The translations under genes were made by a program, and so were the position numbers. Of a stretch of 64,000 bases of DNA, positions 42,065 to 56,266 are shown in pieces. Origin of the DNA: Eledone cirrhosa (Eukaryota); the NCBI GenBank assembly GCA_964016885.1, contig OZ024751.1:37386001-37450000 (forward strand). Reading direction: 5' to 3'. How positions within the stretch are numbered: position 1 is the first letter of the stretch; each line of letters begins with the position of its first letter. Under the pieces are notes generated by a model. That model did not search any database. It saw only the letters and a program-made list of their open reading frames with translations, and was not told the DNA's origin.

Positions 42065-42239
42065 CATGTATACATGCATCCATGCGTATACATATATATG
42101 TCCATATATATGTGTATATATATATATGTGTGCGTGTGTATGGGTGTATACACAATTTACTTCCTCACTTTTCTGATGTAAACAAACACGCACATACAGA
42201 CGACGGAACGCGTGTATAAATTGAGAGTATATATATGTG

Positions 42240-42359
42240 TGTATGTGTGTGTATATATATATATATATATATAAATATATACTCATACACACATATTTAT
42301 AGATAAAGTTATACACACAAACACACATGTATATATGTATATACGTATATATTTCTGTG

Positions 42360-42399
<40 letters not shown>

Positions 42400-42600
42400 T
42401 ATACTCACACACATATTTATAGATAAAGTTATACACACAAACACACATGTATATATGTATATACGTATATAATTCTGTGTATATGTATGTATATATATAT
42501 ATATATATAAATATATACACACACACACACATATTTATAGATAAAGTTATACACACAAACACACATGTATATACGTTTTAAATTCTGTGTATATGTATGT
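42240..42600. repeat. ~120-bp tandem repeat (about 3 units) built from microsatellites
   Basis: Repeated ACATATTTATAGATAAAGTTATACACACAAACACACATGTAT. Confidence 0.8.
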
Positions 42601-42882
42601 AAGTGCATGAGTCTACATATACGGGTGCCTATACATATGTACTCGTGTGGGTATGTATGTGTTTATAGACAAGATAAATAGTATTAGTGGGCGTGTAATG
42701 AGCAATTAGTCAATAAATCAATCAATTAATATATCTATCTGTATATCAATAGATCTGTTTATTTAGCTGACGTTTTCCTGTCTCAGTATATCTATATACA
42801 CACATATACAAATAAATAGGAACACAAAGAAATGCGTATAAATGCAATACATGTACGCAAACAAATTACTCTCTCTCTCTCT

Positions 42883-42924
<42 letters not shown>

Positions 42925-43369
42925 ATATTAAATAAATGGAACCTATATTTATAAAACCATATTTATTCTATTATACTCCAAATCTGTCGAGTGCTCTGAA
43001 TCAGTTATAAACATTCATATTTGTTGAATTACCAACAAATTGAATATCCCTTTTGCATATATATATATATATATAAACATATACGTTCACACACATACCT
43101 ACACGCAAACACACACACACACATATATATATATATAAATATATATACAGGTAAATAGTACTACGACATTAATCGATAAATCGAATACTATATAATAACA
43201 TAATATAGTATTATTATAGTATTATTTGTACTATTATATTGGATTCTTTTACTATTGATACATAATTATTTCCAAATTACGACTCAAAAATTAACGTGTG
43301 TGACTGTATATCTATATATTGAGATATCTGAATGCTCACACTCTCACACACACATACACAAGCATATAT

Positions 43370-43560
43370 GTGTGTGTATCTATATATTCAGCTATCTGAA
43401 TTACACACACACACATACACACACACATATGCTTGTGTATGTGTGTATATCTATATATTCAGCTATCTGAATTACACACACGCACACATACACACACACA
43501 CATATGCTTGTGTATGTGTGTATATCTATATATTCAGCTATCTGATTACACACACACACA
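43370..43560. repeat. ~70-bp tandem repeat (about 3 units)
   Basis: Repeated TATCTATATATTCAGCTATCTGA(A)TTACACAC. Confidence 0.8.
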
Positions 43561-43579
43561 CAAATACACACACACACAC

Positions 43580-43681
<102 letters not shown>

Positions 43682-44385
43682 GCACGTAAAGTTCTGTGTC
43701 CTTCGTTTGTATTGTTATTAAAATAAAACAATTTTTTTTAATGGTTTTCCCTTAAAAAATGTTTTTCGTTTTGTTTTGTTTCCGTTTGTTGTCTTGTCCT
43801 CTTTGTGTTAATATTCTAAAGATTCAGTGAGAGGAATATATACTGCAGCTTGTGGTCTTGCACGGCAGCGTTAAAGGTACCCTAGATCTAGGTGATGATT
43901 TCATATCCGGGTATATGTGGGAGAGATAATATTAGTACGGAGTGTATATGAAAACATACTATATATTTCTATACAATACACATATAACAACCTCGTCAAT
44001 ATATAATACATTATACTATGTAATACAATATTATATTGTATAATATTATGTTATATATGTAACCTCGCTCTATGTAAACATTATGCTACAGCAGTTTACT
44101 ATACAGTCAATAGAAACCACGGCAACTTATCATAGTTGCAGTATTTTACATCTGATAAATACCTAATCATGGTAACGGCCTTGACTTAAAGTTCAACTGA
44201 CAGATGATTCTTTAGGTTAGTTTAAGGGTCACGTTGTTGACTAGGTCGTGACCTTATTCCAGCCCTAGATTACCTCGTGACCCTCAAAACAATCACTAAT
44301 TTATAAGCTGTGTCGTTGGTAGTAAATGGTCAGTTATATACGACAAATAGAATCATATTCGAGATTCTACGAAACCGCTCGTGCT

Positions 44386-44420
<35 letters not shown>

Positions 44421-44433
44421 TTAATATAGAAAG

Positions 44434-44482
44434 GCTTCTACAGGACTAGAACTGTTTCATTCGGGAGAAATCATCAGGAAGC
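44434..44482 (-). ncRNA. Type I hammerhead ribozyme, intact core
   Basis: GCTTC-CTGATGA-tTTCtcccGAAt-GAAA-CAGttctagtcCTG-TA-GAAGC (GUA site). Confidence 0.8.
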
Positions 44483-44549
44483 AGCTGTTGAAGTAATATG
44501 GTATTGAGTACTTTACTTACCGTGGATACCCCCGATTGAATCCGGGATA

Positions 44550-44601
<52 letters not shown>

Positions 44602-44668
44602 CAAGGTTTAGCAAATAAGAAAAAGTTTTAAAATAAATTAAAAAAAATTCACTGTATCTGCTATGGTT

Positions 44669-44754
44669 ACCTTTACCGTACGGTTTCGAGTCTCAAAAAT
44701 AAATGGAAAGTCCTTACGGGCCTCCATTGAAAAGAAAGATTCTCGTCAGAAGGT
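44669..44754 (-). ncRNA. Type I hammerhead ribozyme, intact core
   Basis: ACCTT-CTGACGA-GAaTCT...AGAcTC-GAAA-CCGTACGG-TA-AAGGT (palindromic stem III, GUA site). Confidence 0.8.
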
Positions 44755-44925
44755 TCTTTTCACTCGGAGAATATAAATTTCCCGAGTTCGAATTACGAAC
44801 TGGCGCTATTCAAAATTGTTCCCGAGATGAGAATAAATGACGTAGAAGCAATTCTGTCCAGTGCCGTGTGTAAAGATAGAGATAAATCTACCAAAATATA
44901 CGGTAGTGTCCAATCCAATTCATTA

Positions 44926-44989
<64 letters not shown>

Positions 44990-45160
44990 CGCCATGTATT
45001 TTAACAAAGATAAGATAGAGTGGCCTCAGCACGTATACCTTTTAGCTATGGTGAACTGGATCTAGGAAAATTTCAGGCTAAACAACAGAATTATTGAACT
45101 AAACCCCTCAACTATTGGGAGATTCCATAGCTAGAAATAGCAGCCAAATGCCACCCAAAT

Positions 45161-45335
45161 AATTATTTCTACATTTGGCACAAGGCCAGCAATTACCCAG
45201 TGTATTACTGGTACTTTATTTTATCGACCCAGTAAGGATGAAAGGCAAAGTAAACCTCGGCGGGATTTGAACTCAGTACGTAAAGGGCCGTAGCAATGCT
45301 GTAAATCATGTTATCCGACGCTCTACTGATACTGT
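45161..45335 (-). mobile_element. SINE family A (a further 3' half lies at 45531-45630)
   Basis: Reverse complement of the family A consensus. Confidence 0.8.
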
Positions 45336-45711
45336 CAATACACAGCCCTATGATAATGATAAAAATACATTTCGAGTGTTTTTGTCTTAGATATAAGTAA
45401 CTTTTGAAAAGAGGGTGGGGTAGTTACACGTCCTCCCCTCATTCGAAAACCATCGAGCTGTAATCTAAAACAACAGCTTTGAACTAAATAGTTGCCTGCT
45501 GTCCAATACAATGATATGTATATATTAATACTTGTTTCTACTTTAGGCACAAGGCCAGCAATTACCCAGTGCATTACTGGTACTTTATTTTATCGACCCC
45601 GTAAGGATGAAAGGCAAAGTCAACCTCGGCACAGGGAGTGTGTGCGGTTACACTGTTAAACAACAACTTTGAACTATATAGGTGTCTAGTATACGATAGG
45701 GCCTCGGGCGC

Positions 45712-45784
45712 GCCGCGGATCGCTACAGATGTCCTGTAAATAAGCGCCGAAACATCTGGATCACGGCTTTACAGCTGACGAAGG
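45712..45784 (+). ncRNA. Candidate non-circularly permuted hammerhead ribozyme
   Basis: CAGAT-GTC-CTGTAAA, then GCGCC-GAAA-CATCTG, then TTTACAG-CTGACGA-AGG. Stems I and III are perfect 7 bp; stem II is only 2 bp. Confidence 0.5.
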
Positions 45785-45984
45785 ATTCTTTCTTCTTTTC
45801 TGCTCTTGTTCCGCCCAAACCACCATCCTAAACCTTGTTTTTAGTAATCACAGAGCTCCTTTCGTTTCTTCTCATTATATATATATATATATATATTCAT
45901 TTTCTTCTCATTATATGTTTCAGTTTCTTCTCATTATATATTATATATATTTTCATTTTCACTCCGGCGATTACGATTATGTGT

Positions 45985-46263
45985 GTTCAAGTTGATCCGA
46001 TCAATGGAATAGACTGTTCATGAAAGTAACGTGAATTTAACTAGTAAGTCTGAGCGTACCTTTAACAGAGTTTTCAGGGAGATTCAGCATGACACACAAT
46101 GTGACAAGGCTGGCGATTTGAACTACGGGTAGAACTCATTGTTGCCAGCTGAGTGGACGGAAGTAACGCGAAATAAAATGTCTTCCTTAAAGACAGAATG
46201 CGCCACCGGGAATCGAACGCACAACCTTAGGATTGTTAGTCGAATACTATAACCACAAAGCCA
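45985..46263 (-). mobile_element. SINE family B, full-length diverged copy
   Basis: Minus strand starts TGGCTTTGTGGTTATAG...GCGTTCGATTCCCGG; body shared with 34750-35040 and 27620-27710. Confidence 0.65.
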
Positions 46264-46770
46264 GTAGTAGTAATGGTCAGTGTAGAGGGAGAACGGTTAC
46301 ATTAACGTGTTAAGAATTACCAGCCCACTGACGGGTTGTCTAGCTCGAGTCTAGCTTAAGCAACACACATAAATAATTTTGTAAGATATAGGAAGCTCGG
46401 CCTCAGAAAATAACAGCATTCACAGTCAGTTTCTATATAACAGCTTAGAAAAGAGGTAAATTCCCTTAGAGAGGTGAAAAAAACGTTAGCATCCAAGATG
46501 GTGCCGGACAGAACAAAGGCGAGACAATAAATACAGTCACTTCAGAGGTTACATAATGAGTGACGAAAGATCTTTAAAAATGAACAAAGAACCATCCAGT
46601 TATTAAACCAACTAACAGGTATGTGTGTGTTTCTTTTGGCAGCATGACCCTCACAAAGTATTACAATTTTTAAGGTTTAGCCTTAAAAAAATGTTTTTCG
46701 TTTTGCCTTTGTTTCCATTCGTTGTTTTGTCATCTCTTTGTTAATTTTCTTAATCTTCTTAAGTATATGA

Positions 46771-46813
<43 letters not shown>

Positions 46814-46984
46814 CGTGAGCGCGCGCACATGTGTATGTGGGCGCACGCATGCACATATAAAGATATATGTGCATCACACACAGAAGAACCCCAACACGCA
46901 AATATAAATATATATACATCCTTGGCAGAGAAGCGACAGTAACAATGCATTTAATGTACATATCCACACATACGGACTCACACA

Positions 46985-47509
46985 GTGTGTGTGTGTGTTT
47001 GTGTGTGTGTCTGTGTGAGTGAGTGAGAGTGTGTGTGTGAGTGAGTGAGTGAGTGAGTGAGTGAGTGTGTGAGTGTGTGTGTGAGTGAGTGTGAGTGTGT
47101 GTGTCTGTGAGTGAGTGAGTGAGAGTGTGTGTGTGAGTGAGTGAGTGAGGGTGTGTGTGTGTGTGTGTGTGAGTGAGTGAGAGTGTGTGTGTGAGTGTGT
47201 GAGTGAGTGTGTGTCTGTGTCTGTGTCTGTGTGTGTGTGTGTGTGAGTGAGTAGTGACAGTGTGTGTGTGAGTGAGTGTGAGTGTGTGTGTCTGTGAGTG
47301 AGTGAGTGAGAGTGTGTGTGTGAGTGAGTGAGTGAGAGAGTGTGTGTGTGTGTGTGTGTGTGTGAGTGAGTGAGAGTGTGTGTGTGAGTGTGTGAGTGAG
47401 TGTGTGTCTGTGTCTGTGTCTGTGTGTGTGTGTGAGTGAGTGAGAGTGTGTGTGTGAGTGTGTGTGTGAGTGAGTGAGTGAGTGAGAGTGTGTGTGTGTG
47501 TGTGAGTGA

Positions 47510-47544
<35 letters not shown>

Positions 47545-47984
47545 TGAGTGAGAGTGTGTGTATGAGTGTGTGAGTGAGTGTCTGTCTGTGTCTGTGTCTG
47601 TGTCTGTGTGTGTGTGAGTGAGTGAGTGAGAGTGTGTGTGTGAGTGTGTGTGTGTGAGTGAGTGAGTGAGAGTGTGTGTGTGAGTGAGTGTGAGTGTGTG
47701 TGTCTGTGAGTGAGTGAGTGAGAGTGTGTGTGTGAGTGAGTGAGAGTGTGTGTGTGTGTGTGTGTGTGTGAGTGAGTGAGAGTGTGTGTGTGAGTGTGTG
47801 AGTGAGTGTGTGTCTGTGTCTGTCTGTGTGTGTGTGTGTGAGTGAGTGAGTGAGAGTGTGTGTGTGAGTGTGAGTGTGAGTGAGTGAGTGAGTGAGAGTG
47901 TGTGTGTGTGTGTGAGTGAGTGAGAGTGTGTGTGTGAGTGAGTGTGAGTGAGTGTGAGTGTGTGAGTGTGAGTGTGAGTGAGTG
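46985..47984. repeat. Compound (GT)n/(GAGT)n/(GTCT) repeat with ~200-bp higher-order periodicity
   Basis: Recurrent GTGTCTGTGTCTGT blocks near 47211, 47404, 47585 and 47810. Confidence 0.85.
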
Positions 47985-48331
47985 TTATAAAGGCATCAAT
48001 ATATATGTTTCTAAAATACAACTTTGTTTAATGTGCACACAAACGGAAAACTGCTTCTCTGACATTCATAGACCACAAACACACAATTATGTCACATGGT
48101 TTCTGGCTTCATACGTTGATCACTTGAAAAGTCAATATTTCTCTCTGATGCTCTCTCTCTGTCTCTCTCTCTCTCTCCTATGATCTATCTATCTCTCTCT
48201 CACCGATGATCTCTCGCTCTCTCTCTCTCGTGTGAGCCCATATTCTCCCTTCCTTTTCCTCACGCTTTCTCTATCTACCTCTATATCAATCCATGTCCGT
48301 CTCTTTCTTTCTCTCTCCCATGCTATCTCTC

Positions 48332-48385
<54 letters not shown>

Positions 48386-48529
48386 TCCTCTCAGCTGACC
48401 TTGACATAAACTGGTTTCATTTCTGCTTCTCTTCCGGTTTCTTTTATGTTCCCTTTTTGTTTTTTAATATAAAAATTATGACACCCACCGTCTGACACGA
48501 GCGTAGACGCGATCACGCAATCATGCACA

Positions 48530-48630
48530 TACACACACACACACATATATATATATACACACATATATATATATATATACACACATATATATATATATAC
48601 ACACATATATATATATATATACACACACAC

Positions 48631-48694
<64 letters not shown>

Positions 48695-48838
48695 GTATAT
48701 ATATATACACATATATATACACACATATATATATATACACACATATATATATATATACACACATATATATATACACACATATATATATATATATACATAT
48801 ACACATATATATATACACACATATATATATATACACAC

Positions 48839-48871
<33 letters not shown>

Positions 48872-48920
48872 TATATATATATATACACACACATATATAT
48901 ACACACATATATATATATAT

Positions 48921-48959
<39 letters not shown>

Positions 48960-48988
48960 TATATATACACACATATATATATATATAT

Positions 48989-49033
<45 letters not shown>

Positions 49034-49044
49034 AACATATATAT

Positions 49045-49109
<65 letters not shown>

Positions 49110-49260
49110 TATATATACACATATATATATATACACATATATATATATACACACATATATATATATATATACACACATATATATATATACACATATATAT
49201 ATATACACATATATATATATACACATATATATATATACACACATATACATATATATACAC

Positions 49261-49291
<31 letters not shown>

Positions 49292-49414
49292 TATACATAC
49301 ATATACATACACACACACATATATATATATACATAAATATACATATACATACACACATATATACATATATATATATACATAAATATACATATACATACAC
49401 ATGCATACACATAT

Positions 49415-49480
<66 letters not shown>

Positions 49481-49905
49481 TTACACGCATATATATATAT
49501 ATATACAAACATATATACTTATATATATATACAAACATATATACTTATATATATACATATGTACTTACATATATACACACACACATATATATATATATAT
49601 ATACACATATGCATACACATATATACATATACATACATATATATACTTACACACACACATATATATATATACATACATACATACTTATATATATATATAC
49701 TTACACACACACACACATATATATATATACATACATACATACATATATATATATACATATATACATATACATATATACTTACATATATACTTACATATAT
49801 ACACATATATACATAGTATATATATATATATATATATTACATATATACACATATATACATATATATAACTATATATATATACATATATATATATATACAT
49901 ACATT
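48530..49905. repeat. Compound (TA)n(CA)n microsatellite
   Basis: Direct inspection. Confidence 0.95.
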
Positions 49906-50001
49906 TATATAATGTATGTACTAATTTCTTTGACACACATTTCATAGTAACAGGAGGGCGATGGAGGTGAGGAAGGGGAAAAGGCTGACATAAAACCGTG
50001 A

Positions 50002-52883
50002 ACACACACACACACACACACCTACATACGAGCTGCAGTCACAGCCACACACACACACACACCTACATACGAGCTGCAGTCACAGCCACACACACACACA
50101 CACCTACATACGAGCTGCAGTCACAGCCACACACACACACACACCTACATACGAGCTGCAGTCACAGCCACACACACACACACACCTACATACGAGCTGC
50201 AGTCACAGCCACACACACACACACACACCTACATACGAGCTGCAGTCACAGCCACACACACACACACACCTACATACGAGCTGCAGTCACAGCCACACAC
50301 ACACACACACCTACATACGAGCTGCAGTCACAGCCACACACACACACACACCTACATACGAGCTGCAGTCACAGCCACACACACACACACACCTACATAC
50401 GAGCTGCAGTCACAGCCACACACACACACACACCTACATACGAGCTGCAGTCACAGCCACACACACACACACACCTACATACGAGCTGCAGTCACAGCCA
50501 CACACACACACACACCTACATACGAGCTGCAGTCACAGCCACACACACACACACACCTACATACGAGCTGCAGTCACAGCCACACACACACACACACCTA
50601 CATACGAGCTGCAGTCACAGCCACACACACACACACACCTACATACGAGCTGCAGTCACAGCCACACACACACACACACCTACATACGAGCTGCAGTCAC
50701 AGCCACACACACACACACACCTACATACGAGCTGCAGTCACAGCCACACACACACACACACACACACCTACATACGAGCTGCAGTCACAGCCACACACAC
50801 ACACACACCTACATACGAGCTGCAGTCACAGCCACACACACACACACACCTACATACGAGCTGCAGTCACAGCCACACACACACACACACCTACATACGA
50901 GCTGCAGTCACAGCCACACACACACACACACACCTACATACGAGCTGCAGTCACAGCCACACACACACACACACACCTACATACGAGCTGCAGTCACAGC
51001 CACACACACACACACACACCTACATACGAGCTGCAGTCACAGCCACACACACACACACACACCTACATACGAGCTGCAGTCACAGCCACACACACACACA
51101 CACACCTACATACGAGCTGCAGTCACAGCCACACACACACACACACCTACATACGAGCTGCAGTCACAGCCACACACACACACACACACCTACATACGAG
51201 CTGCAGTCACAGCCACACACACACACACACACCTACATACGAGCTGCAGTCACAGCCACACACACACACACACCTACATACGAGCTGCAGTCACAGCCAC
51301 ACACACACACACACACCTACATACGAGCTGCAGTCACAGCCACACACACACACACACACACCTACATACGAGCTGCAGTCACAGCCACACACACACACAC
51401 ACACCTACATACGAGCTGCAGTCACAGCCACACACACACACACACACCTACATACGAGCTGCAGTCACAGCCACACACACACACACACCTACATACGAGC
51501 TGCAGTCACAGCCACACACACACACACACCTACATACGAGCTGCAGTCACAGCCACACACACACACACACCTACATACGAGCTGCAGTCACAGCCACACA
51601 CACACACACACCTACATACGAGCTGCAGTCACAGCCACACACACACACACACCTACATACGAGCTGCAGTCACAGCCACACACACACACACACACACACA
51701 CCTACATACGAGCTGCAGTCACAGCCACACACACACACACACCTACATACGAGCTGCAGTCACAGCCACACACACACACACACCTACATACGAGCTGCAG
51801 TCACAGCCACACACACACACACACCTACATACGAGCTGCAGTCACAGCCACACACACACACACACCTACATACGAGCTGCAGTCACAGCCACACACACAC
51901 ACACACCTACATACGAGCTGCAGTCACAGCCACACACACACACACACCTACATACGAGCTGCAGTCACAGCCACACACACACACACACCTACATACGAGC
52001 TGCAGTCACAGCCACACACACACACACACACCTACATACGAGCTGCAGTCACAGCCACACACACACACACACCTACATACGAGCTGCAGTCACAGCCACA
52101 CACACACACACACACCTACATACGAGCTGCAGTCACAGCCACACACACACACACACCTACATACGAGCTGCAGTCACAGCCACACACACACACACACCTA
52201 CATACGAGCTGCAGTCACAGCCACACACACACACACACCTACATACGAGCTGCAGTCACAGCCACACACACACACACACCTACATACGAGCTGCAGTCAC
52301 AGCCACACACACACACACACCTACATACGAGCTGCAGTCACAGCCACACACACACACACACACCTACATACGAGCTGCAGTCACAGCCACACACACACAC
52401 ACACCTACATACGAGCTGCAGTCACAGCCACACACACACACACACACCTACATACGAGCTGCAGTCACAGCCACACACACACACACACACCTACATACGA
52501 GCTGCAGTCACAGCCACACACACACACACACCTACATACGAGCTGCAGTCACAGCCACACACACACACACACCTACATACGAGCTGCAGTCACAGCCACA
52601 CACACACACACACCTACATACGAGCTGCAGTCACAGCCACACACACACACACACCTACATACGAGCTGCAGTCACAGCCACACACACACACACACCTACA
52701 TACGAGCTGCAGTCACAGCCACACACACACACACACCTACATACGAGCTGCAGTCACAGCCACACACACACACACACCTACATACGAGCTGCAGTCACAG
52801 CCACACACACACACACACCTACATACGAGCTGCAGTCACAGCCACACACACACACACACCTACATACGAGCTGCAGTCACAGC

Positions 52884-52915
<32 letters not shown>

Positions 52916-53300
52916 CATACGAGCTGCAGTCACAGCTACACTGGCACGCACACAGACAGACAGACACACACACACACACACACACAAACTGCAGTCACAG
53001 CTACACTGGCACACACACAGACACACACACACACACACACACCTACATACGAGCTGCAGTCACAGCTACACTGGCACACACACACAGACACACACACCTA
53101 CATACGAGCTGCAGTCACAGCTACACTGGCACACACACATACACACACACACACACACCTACATACGAGCTGCAGTCAGAACGACACTGGCACACACACA
53201 CACACATATACAGACACACAGAGACACATACATACAGACCCATACACACACACACAGGTCCACACACACACACATACGAGCTGCAGTCACCGCTACACTG
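50002..53300 (+). repeat. Minisatellite, unit CCTACATACGAGCTGCAGTCACAGC+(CA)n (mostly 38-40 bp, roughly 75 copies, degenerate after ~52935)
   Basis: Invariant 25-bp core separated by variable CA runs. Confidence 0.97.
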
Positions 53301-53381
<81 letters not shown>

Positions 53382-54311
53382 GACACACAGACACACACAC
53401 ACAGACACATACACACACAGGTCCACACACATACATAGTATGACAGATACACATCCTAACTCATCTAGTTACAGAAACAGATACATACTAACAGATACAC
53501 ACACTCACATACACAGAGACTGTCACACGCACACACATACACACATACACATACACACATACACACACATACATAGACACACAGACACACATACACAGAC
53601 ACATACATAATACAGACACACATACACACATACAGATACACAGATACGCATACACATACACACAGACACACATACAGACACACACACACACACATACACA
53701 CAGACACATACCCACATACAGACATAGTTACATTCAGTTACTTGAACCGATATACAGTCACATATACACACATACACACAGATCCACATACACACATACA
53801 CACATGATAACAATGAGATCCACATACACATATATACACACAGAGACAGATCCACATACACATATATACACACAGATACACACATACACCATCAGACAGA
53901 GATCCACATACACATATATACACACAGGTACAAACACAAATTGACACTCACCCACGTAGTACATACATACAGGTACACACACATACCTACATACATACAT
54001 ATACACACATACCTACATACAGGTACACACACACACATACATATACACACATACCTACATACAGGTACACACACTGATACAAACCAATGAGAGGTTCCAA
54101 ACTCATTGACATCTCTCTTATTGCATCCTCCTACAGAGAGAGAGAGAGATAGAGAGATAGAGAGATAGAGAGATAGAGAGAGAGAGAGATATATAGAGAG
54201 AGAGAGATAGAGAGATAGAGAGATAGAGAGAGGGAGATAGAGAGATAATAGAGAGATAGAGATAGAGAGAGAGAGAGATAGAGAGAGAGAGAGATAGAGA
54301 GAGAGAGAGAT

Positions 54312-54342
<31 letters not shown>

Positions 54343-54483
54343 TAGAGAGAGAGCTACACATACACAGACATACACAAACACACTAACCGAAGTACACGCT
54401 GCTTCGACTATCTTTGTAGTGGACGCATCCTCCCACGCATTACACCCACACGCACATATATACATACATATATATATACATAC

Positions 54484-54515
<32 letters not shown>

Positions 54516-54641
54516 GTGGATACATACACATATACTCACATACACACGCACACAGATACAAACACTCAAACTGATTTGCAGTTTCATACACATTGATAAA
54601 TCTATCTTTACGATGAATGCTCCCTCATATCGCAAACACGT

Positions 54642-54674
<33 letters not shown>

Positions 54675-55137
54675 TACATACATATACACACACACAGATA
54701 TATATACATATACATATAGACGCGGATTCATACACAGATACATATATACACACTCAATCTGATTTACAGTTTTATACACATCAATAAATCTCTTTCGATG
54801 AATGTTCCCTCATCACACACACACACACACACACACATACTCAAACAGCCACACGTACAGACATACAGCCACACGTACACACATACAGCCACGCATACAC
54901 ACATACAGCCACGCATACACACATACAGCCACACATACACACATACACACATACAGACACTAATATTTTTTTGTTACGTAAACAAAGTAAATCTACTCCA
55001 ACAGACAGTTGTAGAGACACCACTACTATTGTTGTGATACTATATACTCCCCGTTCTCGCATTCTAGACATCCATCTATCGATCTCATTCTACCTCTATC
55101 TATCTACCTACCTATCTATCTATCTACCTATCATTTA

Positions 55138-55242
55138 TGTAAACTCCCCCCTGTGTATTTGTCCCTTTCTCTTGTGCCCTAGTGGCAAATAAAGAAATAT
55201 ATCTATCTATCTACCTACCTATCTATCTACCTATCAATCTAC

Positions 55243-55293
<51 letters not shown>

Positions 55294-55345
55294 CCTACCT
55301 ATCTACCTATCTACCTACCTATGCCCCTGTGGCTAATAAAGAACA

Positions 55346-55388
<43 letters not shown>

Positions 55389-55680
55389 TGGGGAAAATCG
55401 ACTAATTTTTTAAATTGCATTTGTGATAACATTTTACACGTTTTTATTGTATGTAAACTTCCCCCTTTGTATTTGTCCCCTTCTTTTGTGCCCCTGTGGC
55501 TAATAAAGAAACATATCTATCTATCTATCTATCTATCTAGCACATTTTATAAAAGGTGGGTGAATGTGACAAAGATGGCCCGAGTGGTTGGGCCTTCTCT
55601 CAATATAAGCCTATAAATTGAGGAAAAAGAGGCAGAGAGGAAAGGAGTACTCACTCTTGGTGCTCCTCAATTTCTTATAT
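55138..55680 (+). mobile_element. Cluster of LINE-like 3' ends with (TATC)n tails plus an ORF2 C-terminal-like remnant
   Basis: Three GTGGC(A/T)AATAAAGAA-(ATCT)n ends; frame [23 protein letters not shown] followed by a purine-rich UTR. Confidence 0.5.
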
Positions 55681-56233
55681 ATATATATATATATATATAT
55701 CAGAATAGAACCAGATAAAACTATTTAGGCCATTACTCTACAATCCAATCCCAAGTATCGAGTACTCTGTTGAGTACGGCTATATTACATAAACATTACA
55801 TATTTTATACATACACAGATACATATTCATATATATACCTATATATATATATATATATAAATAAATATATTAATATATATGTAGTTGTTCTAATTTTAAT
55901 GTTATTTAAATTTCTATTTTATCACCGCTATCGACAATTATGTGTAATGGGAATTAAGCACTCCACGTTCTGTGTACATATCTAAGTAACACCTGATATC
56001 ACGTAGACTGGTAACTAAGGGAGTATGGGTATGTTTTGAAATATGAAGATACCGTTCTATATTTTCACACTTGAGGAAATATTAAAACTGTGTCTTCACA
56101 ACACAAACACTTATATATAAATGGTAAACTTAGGAGAATTAACAGAGTACAAGACAACGAACAAAAACATGTATATATATATATATATATAAATATATAT
56201 AAGAGAGAGAGAGAGAGAGAAAGAGAAAGAGAA

Positions 56234-56266
<33 letters not shown>

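Noticed and set aside
44505-44525. GTAAGT splice donor on the minus strand next to the hammerhead
   Set aside because: Comparison with 35436-35525 and 36160-36250 shows this segment is inverted, so the motif is antisense to the element RNA.
49998-53438. 1146-aa ORF and CRISPR-like regular repeat
   Set aside because: The ORF is translation of a minisatellite. The spacers are only (CA)n, there are no unique spacers or cas genes, and the context is eukaryotic.
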